A stretch of 36,354 bases of DNA from Deltaproteobacteria bacterium. GTDB taxonomy: Bacteria > Myxococcota_A > UBA9160 > SMWR01. Each line of letters opens with the position of its first letter. The first letter of the stretch is position 1. Both the position numbers and the translations under genes were made by a program. Positions 1 to 8,509 of the stretch are shown here, piece after piece. The DNA lies in contig SMWR01000054.1 of assembly GCA_004356735.1 (NCBI GenBank), positions 1 to 36,354 of the forward strand, written 5' to 3'. The notes under the pieces were generated by a model. It had not been told where the DNA came from. It worked only from the letters and a program-made list of their open reading frames with translations, and searched no databases.

Positions 1-360
1 CTGCGGATCGGACTGCCAAGCGGGCCCTTCAAGTCCGAGAAGTCGGAATGATGTCAAATCAGAGCGTCGGGAGCGTAGGCGAGCCGAGCGGCTGACCGTT
101 GGCGGGGAGGCCATCCGGACCAGCGGTTGCCAGCTTCGTGTCAACCACGTGACGCGTCGAGCAGGTGCCTGCGAGCGCGAGCAATGCTCGTGCGAACTCC
201 CGTTCACGCAACCGTCGACGACGGAGATTCACCTTGAGGCGACGCTAGCAGCGATAGGCGCGTCTACCGGCAGGTGTCTTTGCGCCGAGGGAGTGTGCTT
301 CCGGTGCTTGCGCCTTGCTCTCGGCGGCGTCCAGGGGCGGGCAGGGGAATGCCGCAACCC

Positions 361-394
361 CGCGAATTCTGTGGTGGACCCGCGCAGAATCGCG
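361..394 (-). terminator. Imperfect hairpin downstream of trxA, possible terminator
   Basis: cgcg-a-attctg ... cagaat-cgcg inverted arms about 20 bp past the trxA stop; no clear U-tract. Confidence 0.3.
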
Positions 395-412
395 CTGTCG
401 ACAGCATGATCG

Positions 413-739
413 TCAGTCTTCGAGCAGCTTCTTGATCATGGACTCGAAGTCGGCCTTGGGGCGTGCGCCCTGAAGTTGCTCGACGACGGTGCCGCCCTTG
501 AATGCCAGGATCGTGGGGATCGCGCGAACTCCGTACTGACCGGGCGTGTTGGGATGGGCGTCGATGTCCATCTTCAGGATGTTCACCTGGTCACCGTACT
601 GGTCGGCGAGCTCGGCGATGATCGGCGCGATCGCGCGGCAGGGTGCGCACCACTCGGCCCAGAAGTCGATGATCACGGGCTTGTCGGAGTTCAGGACCTC
701 GGCTTCGAAGTTCTGGTCCGTGACTTCTGCGATGGCCAT
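413..739 (-). CDS. trxA: Thioredoxin
   Basis: DFWAEWCAPC active site (WCxPC) and VRAIPT cis-Pro loop; ATG at 739 preceded by AGGAG; 108 aa. Confidence 0.95.
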   Translation of the reverse strand: MAIAEVTDQNFEAEVLNSDKPVIIDFWAEWCAPCRAIAPIIAELADQYGDQVNILKMDIDAHPNTPGQYGVRAIPTILAFKGGTVVEQLQGARPKADFESMIKKLLED

Positions 740-838
740 GTGCGTGTTCTCCTGTTCGGGCTGGGCCCGGGTTTCTCGGTTGCAGCGGCTGTCGATCGGT
801 GACTCTAGGATGCCGCGCCGAAGCCAGGGTCGCATCCG

Positions 839-867
839 TTGACGCCCAGATGCCTCGCGAGTATGCT
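839..867 (+). promoter_or_regulatory. Sigma70-type promoter for the downstream operon
   Basis: TTGACG (839-844), 17 bp spacer, TATGCT (862-867). Confidence 0.6.
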
Positions 868-932
868 GGCCGGCTCAGATCCCATTGTTTTTGCTGAGCT
901 TTTTGCTTGGCGACGAGGGAGGCGCGAGCCCG

Positions 933-1091
933 ATGTCCGATCTCCGGCTGGCGCGGATGCGCGCCAGCTTGCCGGAAAGCGCTCGAGTCACGCGCGACGC
1001 CGTCGAGGTCTCGAGGGCGCGGATCGCCGTGATCCTTGTTTTTTGCGAGCTCGTGGACGCCGAACTCTCATCCGAGATCGCCGTAGCGTGA
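933..1091 (+). pseudogene. 52-aa ORF resembling fused N- and C-terminal helices of phosphoheptose isomerase GmhA (internally deleted remnant or mini-protein)
   Basis: GGGAGG RBS; MSDLRLARMRASLPESARVTRD resembles GmhA N-termini and RI...ILVFCELVDAEL resembles the GmhA C-terminal helix; TGA overlaps the next GTG (GTGA). Confidence 0.45.
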
Positions 1092-2074
1092 GCCGCAAGC
1101 TGCCTCGAATCGATCGCTCGAAAGTCCGCACCACCAGTGCGCGAAAGCGCGAGAGCAAGATCAAGATTGGCGACGAGGCGCGGCCGTATCGGGCCGGTGC
1201 GAGCTTCAGCGACTTTCTCGCAGGTCTGCCCGGAATTCTGGGCGCGGCCGATCTCAAGCGCATCATCGCAGCCGGGGTGAAGGCGCACGAACGTGGCAAG
1301 ACGCTGCTGTGGGGCTTGGGTGCCCACGTCATCAAGGTCGGCCTGGCTCCGTTGGTGACCGATCTGCTGGAGCGGGGCTTGATCTCGGGAATCCTGATGA
1401 ACGGCGCAGGTTGTGTACACGATCTCGAGCTCGCAATGATGGGACGCACCAGCGAGGACGTGGCCGAAGCGCTCGACGACGGCAGCTTCGGCATGGCAGC
1501 AGAGACCGCGGAGCAGCTCAACCGCGCCATCGCGGCCGGCTTCGCGGAGGATCTCGGCATGGGAGCCGCCGTCGGGCGAGAGATCCTCGATGGAAAATAT
1601 CCGCACAAGGACCGTTCCATCCTGGCAACCGCGGCCCGGCTCGAAGTGCCCGTCACGGTCCACGTTGCCATCGGTACCGACATCCACCACATGCACCCCA
1701 GCGCAGACGGCGCTGCGCTCGGCGCCACCAGCCACCGGGACTTCGAGACCCTGACGGCTCTGGTGTCGACGCTGGAAGGCGGTGTCTACATGAACGTCGG
1801 GTCCGCCGTGATCCTGCCCGAGGTCTTTCTCAAGGCCCTGGCTCTGGCGCGCAACCTGGGCCACAAAGTGCAGCGCTTTACGACCGTGGACATCGACTTC
1901 ATCCGCCACTACCGACCGACGGTCAATGTCGTCCAACGACCGACCCGCCTGGGCGGTACCGGCCTCTCGCTGACCGGTCAACACGAGATCCTGGTGCCGC
2001 TGCTGGCCGCGGGTCTCATCGAAGCCGTAGCTGCGAACAGCGCCGGCGGCGATGGCAAGAAGCAGCGCCGATGA
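1088..2074 (+). CDS. Deoxyhypusine-synthase-like (DHS-like NAD-binding fold) protein, GSU2086-type
   Basis: GLGAHVIKVGL, MNGAGCVHDLE, VAIGTDIHH and GSAVILPEVFLKAL motifs; GTG start at 1088 coupled to the upstream stop; the DHS SWGK catalytic-Lys motif is not seen. Confidence 0.75.
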   Translation: MSRKLPRIDRSKVRTTSARKRESKIKIGDEARPYRAGASFSDFLAGLPGILGAADLKRIIAAGVKAHERGKTLLWGLGAHVIKVGLAPLVTDLLERGLISGILMNGAGCVHDLELAMMGRTSEDVAEALDDGSFGMAAETAEQLNRAIAAGFAEDLGMGAAVGREILDGKYPHKDRSILATAARLEVPVTVHVAIGTDIHHMHPSADGAALGATSHRDFETLTALVSTLEGGVYMNVGSAVILPEVFLKALALARNLGHKVQRFTTVDIDFIRHYRPTVNVVQRPTRLGGTGLSLTGQHEILVPLLAAGLIEAVAANSAGGDGKKQRR

Positions 2075-2625
2075 GGGAAGCCATCGTCATTCAAGAGGGC
2101 GACATCACCGAGCAGGAAGTCGACGCCATCGTCAACGCGGCCAACAGTGAGCTGGTGTTGGGGGCCGGCGTGGCCGGCGCGATTGGCGAGAAGGGCGGGC
2201 CCTCGATCCAGCAGGAATGTACGGCTCACGGTCCGGTGGCCGTGGGTGAGGCGGCCGTCACCGGTGCCGGCAACCTCGCCGCGCGCTTCGTGATCCATGC
2301 GGCCGGCATGCCGCCCGGTGGCTCGGCCAGCGCCGAGAGCATCCGGATGTCGGTGCGATCCAGCCTCGAGCGGGCGGCCGAGCGGGGCTGCCGCAGTATC
2401 GCGATTCCGGCCATCGGCGCGGGCCTCGGTGGCTTTCCGGTCCAGCGCTGCGCGGAGATCCTTCTCGACGAGGCCCGCGCCCACCTGCGCGGTGAGACCA
2501 GTCTCGAGGAAGTGCGGTTCGTGCTGTTCGGTGAGCCCAGCTACCGGGTCTTCGAGATGGTCCGCGACGCCGCCAAGATCCAGGAACAGCTGGAGCGCAT
2601 CAGGTCCCGCCAGCGCCAGCGCTAG
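2071..2625 (+). CDS. Macro domain protein (ADP-ribose binding / O-acetyl-ADP-ribose deacetylase-like)
   Basis: GDIT, VDAIVNAAN, GAGVAGAI, VIHAAG and IPAIGAGLGGF motifs; ATGA overlap with the upstream gene. Confidence 0.92.
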   Translation: MREAIVIQEGDITEQEVDAIVNAANSELVLGAGVAGAIGEKGGPSIQQECTAHGPVAVGEAAVTGAGNLAARFVIHAAGMPPGGSASAESIRMSVRSSLERAAERGCRSIAIPAIGAGLGGFPVQRCAEILLDEARAHLRGETSLEEVRFVLFGEPSYRVFEMVRDAAKIQEQLERIRSRQRQR

Positions 2626-2642
2626 CGCTACGCTGTAGCCCC

Positions 2643-3437
2643 ATGTCGATCCACCTCCACCAGCTCGCTGCCGCCCTGTATCTGCTGGCGGGTCTGGTGG
2701 CCTGGACGGGGATGGCGTTGCGGTCCGCCCGGCTGGAACGGGGCTCGGTCTGGCTGCTGGCGGGCGCTGCCCTGGCTCACCTGGGCGCCTTCGCGACCCT
2801 CCATTCGCTGGAGCCGCCGCCGCCGCTGACCGACCTTCCGGCCGCCGTCTCCTTCATGGCCTGCGCCGGCACGATCTTCTTCCTGGCGATGCTGCGCCGA
2901 CTGCGTCTGGACGGGCTGACCGTGTTGGTGGCTCCCGCCGCCTTCGTCGGCGCTTTCTTTGCCGCGCTCCAGCTGCCCGAGGCCGAGCCAGCAGTCGTCG
3001 CCGGCAGTGGCTCCTGGCCCCACGCCCACGTTCTGCTGGCCAGCATGGGGCTCGCGTTCCTCGGTGTCTCGGGCATGGCCGGCATGTTGTTCCTGGCCGA
3101 GCACCGTCGAATCAAGGCCAAGCGGCCCATCGACGCGGGCTTTCCCCTTCCGACGCTCGAAGCCCTCGATCTCGCCAACCGGGTCTCGCTGGCAGTCGGC
3201 TTTCCGCTGCTCACCCTGGGCGTGATCGCCGGCATGATCTGGGTGCAGAAGAGTCAGGGCGTGGTTTGGAGCGGCTCCGTTCACGAAATCTGGTCAGTGA
3301 TCGCCTGGACCGTCTACGCCGTGCTGGCTGGCGCTCGCTTCGGTGCCAGCCAGGGTTCGCGCCAGGCCGCGGCCAGTGCCGTCGGCGGATTTGCCTTTCT
3401 CTGCTTTGCAGTGATTGGCGTGGGGCTGCTCACATGA
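2643..3437 (+). CDS. Cytochrome c assembly family membrane protein (CcsA/HemX/YpjD-like)
   Basis: About 8 TM segments; WPHAHV, LPTLEALD, GFPLLTLGVIAGMIW and Trp-rich loop; directly upstream of hemA. Confidence 0.85.
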   Translation: MSIHLHQLAAALYLLAGLVAWTGMALRSARLERGSVWLLAGAALAHLGAFATLHSLEPPPPLTDLPAAVSFMACAGTIFFLAMLRRLRLDGLTVLVAPAAFVGAFFAALQLPEAEPAVVAGSGSWPHAHVLLASMGLAFLGVSGMAGMLFLAEHRRIKAKRPIDAGFPLPTLEALDLANRVSLAVGFPLLTLGVIAGMIWVQKSQGVVWSGSVHEIWSVIAWTVYAVLAGARFGASQGSRQAAASAVGGFAFLCFAVIGVGLLT

Positions 3438-4723
3438 GGATCGTCCTGCTCGGCATGAACCATCGCACGGCGCCGCTCGATCTGCGCGAACGGCTGGCCG
3501 TGCACGACCCGGCTCCGGTGCTCCAGAAGCTCGTGGCCTGCGACGAGATCGATGAGGCCGTGCTGATCTCGACCTGCAACCGGGTCGAGGTGGTGGTGGT
3601 CACCCGCAGCTATGACGCGGCTCGGCTGCGGCTGCGTTCGATCTTCGCCCGGGAGCTTGCGTCGGATTCGATCGAAGTGAGCACGAGCGAGCTGGACGCC
3701 TGCCTGTACGAGCACGTGGACGGAGATGCAATGCGCCATGTCCTGCGCGTCGCCTCTTCGCTGGATTCGATGGTGGTGGGTGAGCCGCAGATTCTCGGTC
3801 AGACCAAGGATGCTTGTCGGGTGGCGACGGAATGCGGGGCTGCCGGTCCGATCTTGGGACGCCTCTTCCAGCACGCCTTCGCCACCGCAAAGCGGGTGCG
3901 CAGCGAGACGCGGATCGCTGAACGTCCGGTGTCGGTGGCCCGAGTCGCTGTGGATCTGGCCCGCCAGATCTTCGAGAACCTGGCCGACAAGCAGGCGCTC
4001 CTGATCGGGGCCGGCGAAATGATCGAGTTGGCCCTCGAGTCCCTGCGCAAGCACGGTCTGGAATCGATCCGGGTGGCCAACCGGACTCCCGAGCGGGCCC
4101 AAGAGCTTGCTGCCCGCTTCGGTGCCACCGCCCACGGACTCGACGGGTTGACCGAGCTGATCGCGGAGGTGGACGTGGTGCTGATCTCGATCGGCGGCGA
4201 CGATCCGATTCTGACCGTCGAGCTGCTGGAGCGGGCGCTGGCATCGCGTTGGGGACGCCCCCTGTTCGTGATCGACATCGGGGTTCCGCGCAATGCCGAC
4301 CCAGCCATCAACAAGCTGGACCCGGTCTATCTCTACGACATCGATGACCTGGCTTCGCTGGCCCGCAAGAACGCGGACGAGCGCCAGCGTGAGGGCGTTC
4401 TTGCGGAAAGCATCATCGAAGAGCAGCACCAGCGCTTCGAAGGTTGGCTCACGGCGCTGCGCGCGATTCCTACCATCAAGCACCTGCGCGAGCGGGTGGA
4501 GTCGATTCGCGTCGACGAGCTCGAGCGCGCGCTGCGAAGGATTTCGCTCGACGACGACCAGCGCGAGGCCGTCGAGGCCCTGACGAAGTCGATCGTGAAC
4601 AAGATCCTCCACGCGCCCGTTTCGAAGCTGCGCCGCGAGGCCGAGCACGAAGAGGGCATTGTCTACCTCGAGGCAGCGCGGGCCCTGTTCGGTCTCGACG
4701 ACGAAACATCGGACGAAGAATGA
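3434..4723 (+). CDS. hemA: Glutamyl-tRNA reductase
   Basis: GMNHRTAP, STCNRVE (catalytic Cys), SSLDSMVVGEPQILGQ, IGAGEM, DIGVPRN. Confidence 0.97.
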   Translation: MRIVLLGMNHRTAPLDLRERLAVHDPAPVLQKLVACDEIDEAVLISTCNRVEVVVVTRSYDAARLRLRSIFARELASDSIEVSTSELDACLYEHVDGDAMRHVLRVASSLDSMVVGEPQILGQTKDACRVATECGAAGPILGRLFQHAFATAKRVRSETRIAERPVSVARVAVDLARQIFENLADKQALLIGAGEMIELALESLRKHGLESIRVANRTPERAQELAARFGATAHGLDGLTELIAEVDVVLISIGGDDPILTVELLERALASRWGRPLFVIDIGVPRNADPAINKLDPVYLYDIDDLASLARKNADERQREGVLAESIIEEQHQRFEGWLTALRAIPTIKHLRERVESIRVDELERALRRISLDDDQREAVEALTKSIVNKILHAPVSKLRREAEHEEGIVYLEAARALFGLDDETSDEE

Positions 4724-5649
4724 CTCGGGTTCGCCTGGCCACACGGGCGAGCGAGCTGGCGCTCGCCCAGTCCGGAATGGTGGCGCGCCTGCTCGAACGG
4801 GTCCTCGGCGTCGAGATCGAGCTGGTGCCGCTCACGACGACGGGCGACCGCCTGAAGGACGTCTCCCTGGCGAAGCTGGGCGGCAAGGCTCTGTTCGTGA
4901 AGGAGATCGAGGAGGCCCTGCTGGAAGGGCGTGCCGATCTTGCCGTCCACAGCGCCAAGGATCTGCCGGCAAGGATCCCTGAGGGTCTCGAGCTGGTGGC
5001 CTTTCCCGAGCGGGCCGATCCGCGCGACGCATTGATCGCACGTGAACGGGGCACGACGCTGACGGGTCTTGCACGGGGTGCTCGGGTCGGAACCGGCAGT
5101 GTTCGGCGCTCGGCGCAACTGCACGTGCTGCGGCCCGACCTCGAGATCGTTCCGTTGCGCGGCAACGTACCCACCCGGATTCGAAAGCTGGAAGACGAAG
5201 ACCTGGACGCGGTGATTCTCGCCAGCGCGGGGCTCGAGCGGCTGGGGTTGGCCGATCGGATCGACGAACGCATCGATCCGGCCCGCATGTTGCCCGCCGT
5301 GGCCCAGGGCATCCTGGCCATCGAGGGCCGGGTGGGAGACTCCATTTCGCGCGATGCCGCCATGATCAGTCACGCCGAAACCGTGGCCCGGGTCCGGGCC
5401 GAACGCGGAGTGCTCGTTGGACTCGATGCCGATTGCAATGTGCCTCTCGCCGCCTACGCGGAGGTCGAGGACGGCAAGCTCCGCCTGCGCGCGCTGCTCG
5501 CCAACCTGACCGGTCAGTGCGTCCTCACCTCGGAGGTCGAAGGCGACGTCGATTGTGCTGCCGAGCTGGGATCGCAGCTGGCCGCGCGGCTGCTGGCGGG
5601 CGGCGGGTCGCAGCTGCTGGAGCAGTTGCGGGCTGAGAGCGGGTCGTGA
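4720..5649 (+). CDS. hemC: Hydroxymethylbilane synthase (porphobilinogen deaminase)
   Basis: ATRASELALAQ, GGKALFVKEIE, AVHSAKD, LRGNVPTR, cofactor Cys in DCNVP; ATGA overlap. Confidence 0.97.
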   Translation: MTRVRLATRASELALAQSGMVARLLERVLGVEIELVPLTTTGDRLKDVSLAKLGGKALFVKEIEEALLEGRADLAVHSAKDLPARIPEGLELVAFPERADPRDALIARERGTTLTGLARGARVGTGSVRRSAQLHVLRPDLEIVPLRGNVPTRIRKLEDEDLDAVILASAGLERLGLADRIDERIDPARMLPAVAQGILAIEGRVGDSISRDAAMISHAETVARVRAERGVLVGLDADCNVPLAAYAEVEDGKLRLRALLANLTGQCVLTSEVEGDVDCAAELGSQLAARLLAGGGSQLLEQLRAESGS

Positions 5650-7193
5650 CCGGCCGCCACAAGCCGGGTCGGGTGCTGCTGGTGGGAGCAGGGCCGGGGG
5701 ATCCCGATCTCATCACCGTCCGCGGTGCACAGGCCCTTCGGTCTGCCGACGTGGTCGTTCACGACGCCCTGGCTGCGGAGGAGCTACTCGATCTCGCCCC
5801 GCTCGAGGCGGAACGCATCAACGTGGGCAAGCGCGGACATGACGATCCGACCCGACCGCAGGAAGAGACGACGGCACTTCTGTTGCGGCTCGCGCAACAG
5901 GGCAAGACGGTCGTGCGCCTCAAGGGTGGCGATCCCTTCGTGTTCGGACGCGGCGCTGAGGAGGCGTCGGCACTTGCCGAGGCCGGCATCCCGTTCGAAG
6001 TCGTTCCCGGCGTCTCCTCGGTGATCGGTGCGCTGGCCTACGCGGGAATTCCCATCACCGACCGCCGCTACTCGGCGTCGTTCGCCGTCGTGACGGGACA
6101 CAAGGATCCGACCCGGGTGACGCAAGAAACGCGCTGGGCCGATCTCGGCCGCGCGGCCGATACCCTCATCATCTTGATGGGCATGCGAAACCTCGAAGGT
6201 CTGGTAGAGAAGATCATCGACGGAGGGCTTTCTCCGGAGACGCCGGCGGCTGTCGTGGCGGACGGAACGCTTCCGAGTCAGCGCGTGGTCGAGGCTCCCT
6301 TGAACCAGCTCGCCGAGCGGGTCCGCGCCGAAGGTCTTGGAGCCCCCGCTGTGGTCGTGATCGGCAACGTCGTAAAGCTTCGGCAACGCTTGAACTGGAT
6401 CGAGCGGCGTCCGCTCTTTGGACGCCGGGTGCTGGTGACGCGGACGCCCGAGCAGGCGAGTGAGTGGATGGAGGCGCTGCGCGCGGCGGGAGCCGCTCCG
6501 CTGCTGATCCCAATGATTCGAATCGAGGCCGCGTCGGACTCGGGTCCGCTGGACGCTGCGCTGGACCGGCTGCGCGGCTACGACGCGTTGCTGATCACGA
6601 GCGCCAATGCCATCCGGTTCCTGGCCGCGCGGGCGCGCGAACGCGGCGTGTTGCTCCGCGATTTCGGCGGCAGCGTCGTGTGCGTCGGGCCGAAGAGCGC
6701 CGAGGCGACACTGGCCGAGGGGCTTCCGGTCCAGACGATTCCGGCCGAACGCTTTGATGCCGAAGGCATGCTCGATGCCATCGAGAAGCACTTCCCTCCG
6801 GCCGGCCGGCGCTTCCTGTTGCCCCGGGCGGAAGCCGGCCGGGAGACCCTGGTTGACGGTCTTCGGGCGGCCGGCGCCACGGTCGATGCGGTGACGGCCT
6901 ATCGTACCGTGGCTCCCGACACCGACGCCGCGGCGTTGTGCGAGCGTCTGACGGCGGGCCGGCTGGATGTGCTCACGTTCGCGAGTCCTTCGGCGGTCCG
7001 GAATTTCATGGCATTGTTGGATCGGGCAGCGCGCCGGGCCGTGGCCGATTGTCTGGTGGCCGCCATTGGCCCCACGACCGCGGAGGCGCTACGCAAGGAG
7101 GGACTCGAGCCGGACGTCGTGCCGGAGCGGGCCAATGCGGCAGACCTGGTGGCGGCATTGGTCGAGGCCTGCGGCGCAGGAGGATCGTCATGA
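5646..7193 (+). CDS. cobA: Fused uroporphyrinogen-III C-methyltransferase / uroporphyrinogen-III synthase (CobA-HemD)
   Basis: [12 protein letters not shown] and [13 protein letters not shown], then [19 protein letters not shown] and [10 protein letters not shown] HemD motifs. Confidence 0.95.
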   Translation: MTGRHKPGRVLLVGAGPGDPDLITVRGAQALRSADVVVHDALAAEELLDLAPLEAERINVGKRGHDDPTRPQEETTALLLRLAQQGKTVVRLKGGDPFVFGRGAEEASALAEAGIPFEVVPGVSSVIGALAYAGIPITDRRYSASFAVVTGHKDPTRVTQETRWADLGRAADTLIILMGMRNLEGLVEKIIDGGLSPETPAAVVADGTLPSQRVVEAPLNQLAERVRAEGLGAPAVVVIGNVVKLRQRLNWIERRPLFGRRVLVTRTPEQASEWMEALRAAGAAPLLIPMIRIEAASDSGPLDAALDRLRGYDALLITSANAIRFLAARARERGVLLRDFGGSVVCVGPKSAEATLAEGLPVQTIPAERFDAEGMLDAIEKHFPPAGRRFLLPRAEAGRETLVDGLRAAGATVDAVTAYRTVAPDTDAAALCERLTAGRLDVLTFASPSAVRNFMALLDRAARRAVADCLVAAIGPTTAEALRKEGLEPDVVPERANAADLVAALVEACGAGGSS

Positions 7194-8161
7194 GCTTTCC
7201 GATCACACGCATGCGTCGCCTGCGCCAGAACGACACCCTGCGCCGGATGGTCCGGGAGACCCGGGTCTGCCGGGATGACCTGGTGCTGCCGCTCTTCGTG
7301 GTGGAGGGCAGCGGGGTCCGTGAGCCCGTCGCCTCGCTGCCCGGCGTGTTCCGCCACTCGGTGGACATGCTCGTCAACGAGGTGAAGGAGGTGCGCGATC
7401 TGGGCATTCCCGCCGTCATCCTCTTCGGGATTCCCGGCGAGAAGGATGCGCGGGGGTCTGGGGCCGACGCCGCGGACGGGATCGTGCAGCGCGCGGTGGA
7501 AGCCTCCAAGGCCGCCGAGCCCGATCTCTGTGTCATCACCGACGTCTGTCTGTGCGAGTACACCGACCACGGCCACTGTGGCATCGTCGAGGGCCTCGAC
7601 GTGCTGAACGACCCGTCCGTTCAGCGCCTGGCGGCGATCGCCCTGTCCCATGCCCGGGCGGGCGCCGACGTGGTGGCGCCCTCGGACATGATGGACGGAC
7701 GCGTCGCAGCCATTCGCGAGACACTCGACCAGGGCGGCTTCGAAGGAGTGCCCATCCTGTCCTACGCGGCCAAATTTGCCAGCGCCTACTACGCACCCTT
7801 TCGCGACGCGGCCGAGAGCACGCCCGAGTTCGGCGACCGGCGCAGCTACCAGCTGGATCCGCCCAACGGACGTGAAGCCCTGCGCGAGATGCGGCTCGAC
7901 CTCGAAGAGGGTGCGGACGCGCTGATGGTGAAGCCCGCGCTGCTGTACCTCGATCTGCTGTCCGCCGCGCGTCGCGAGTTCGACGTCCCGCTGGCTGCGT
8001 ATCACGTGTCTGGCGAGTACGCGATGATCCAGGCTGCCGCTGAAAGGGGCTGGATCGATGCGGAGCGGGCCATGGACGAGGCAATGGTTGCGATCAAGCG
8101 TGCCGGTGCCGACATGATCCTGACGTATGCCGCCAAGGATGTGGCCGCGCGACTGGGCTAG
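7190..8161 (+). CDS. hemB: Porphobilinogen synthase (ALA dehydratase), Zn-binding type
   Basis: [49 protein letters not shown]. Confidence 0.97.
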   Translation: MSFPITRMRRLRQNDTLRRMVRETRVCRDDLVLPLFVVEGSGVREPVASLPGVFRHSVDMLVNEVKEVRDLGIPAVILFGIPGEKDARGSGADAADGIVQRAVEASKAAEPDLCVITDVCLCEYTDHGHCGIVEGLDVLNDPSVQRLAAIALSHARAGADVVAPSDMMDGRVAAIRETLDQGGFEGVPILSYAAKFASAYYAPFRDAAESTPEFGDRRSYQLDPPNGREALREMRLDLEEGADALMVKPALLYLDLLSAARREFDVPLAAYHVSGEYAMIQAAAERGWIDAERAMDEAMVAIKRAGADMILTYAAKDVAARLG

Positions 8162-8183
8162 CGCCTCGCGCGGGGGGGACCCA

Positions 8184-8363
8184 ATGGCCCTGGTCTACAA
8201 GGTGGTCGAGACGAGTGACGTGAGCGACGTCGAGCTCGAGCGAATCCTGAACGAGACGACGTCCGAAGGCTGGGCTCTCGACATGATGCAGTTCGCCATG
8301 CGTGACTCGTCGAAGCGCCCGGCCATGGCCTTCCTCACGTTTACGCGGGATGACGGCGAATGA
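8184..8363 (+). CDS. Small DUF4177-like protein
   Basis: YKVVETS...LERILNE...EGW..D pattern; 59 aa; G-rich RBS upstream. Confidence 0.75.
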   Translation: MALVYKVVETSDVSDVELERILNETTSEGWALDMMQFAMRDSSKRPAMAFLTFTRDDGE

Positions 8364-8394
8364 AAGTCAGCCGGGGCGGCTGACTTTCATTCGC
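8356..8394. terminator. Perfect 18-bp stem hairpin at the convergent gene junction
   Basis: gcgaatgaaagtcagccg-ggg-cggctgactttcattcgc; the left arm includes the stop codon of the DUF4177-like gene. Confidence 0.7.
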
Positions 8395-8425
8395 TTGGCG
8401 CAATCCAAGGGATTGCGCGGTTGCG

Positions 8426-8509
8426 CGGGGACGTTGTTGAATATTCAACTCCCCAACCCGGGGAAACGATCGTAAACGGGACGGAGTTGAATATTCAACA
8501 ACGTCCCCG
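8426..8509. repeat. 27-bp perfect inverted repeat, each arm carrying the palindrome GTTGAATATTCAAC
   Basis: cggggacgttgttgaatattcaactcc (8426-8452) versus ggagttgaatattcaacaacgtccccg (8483-8509). Confidence 0.9.

Noticed and set aside
149-409. 86-aa Cys-rich ORF
   Set aside because: No RBS, no recognisable motif, and composition typical of a spurious GC-rich frame.
839-1087. N-terminal extension of the 411-aa ORF
   Set aside because: The TTG start is the -35 box, and the region is occupied by the 933-1091 ORF; GTG 1088 is the better start.
8443-8492. Integron attC-like ends (ATTCAAC...GTTGAAT)
   Set aside because: They fit RYYYAAC/GTTRRRY, but the span is only 50 bp, L boxes are unconvincing, there is no cassette array or intI, and the match follows trivially from the palindrome.
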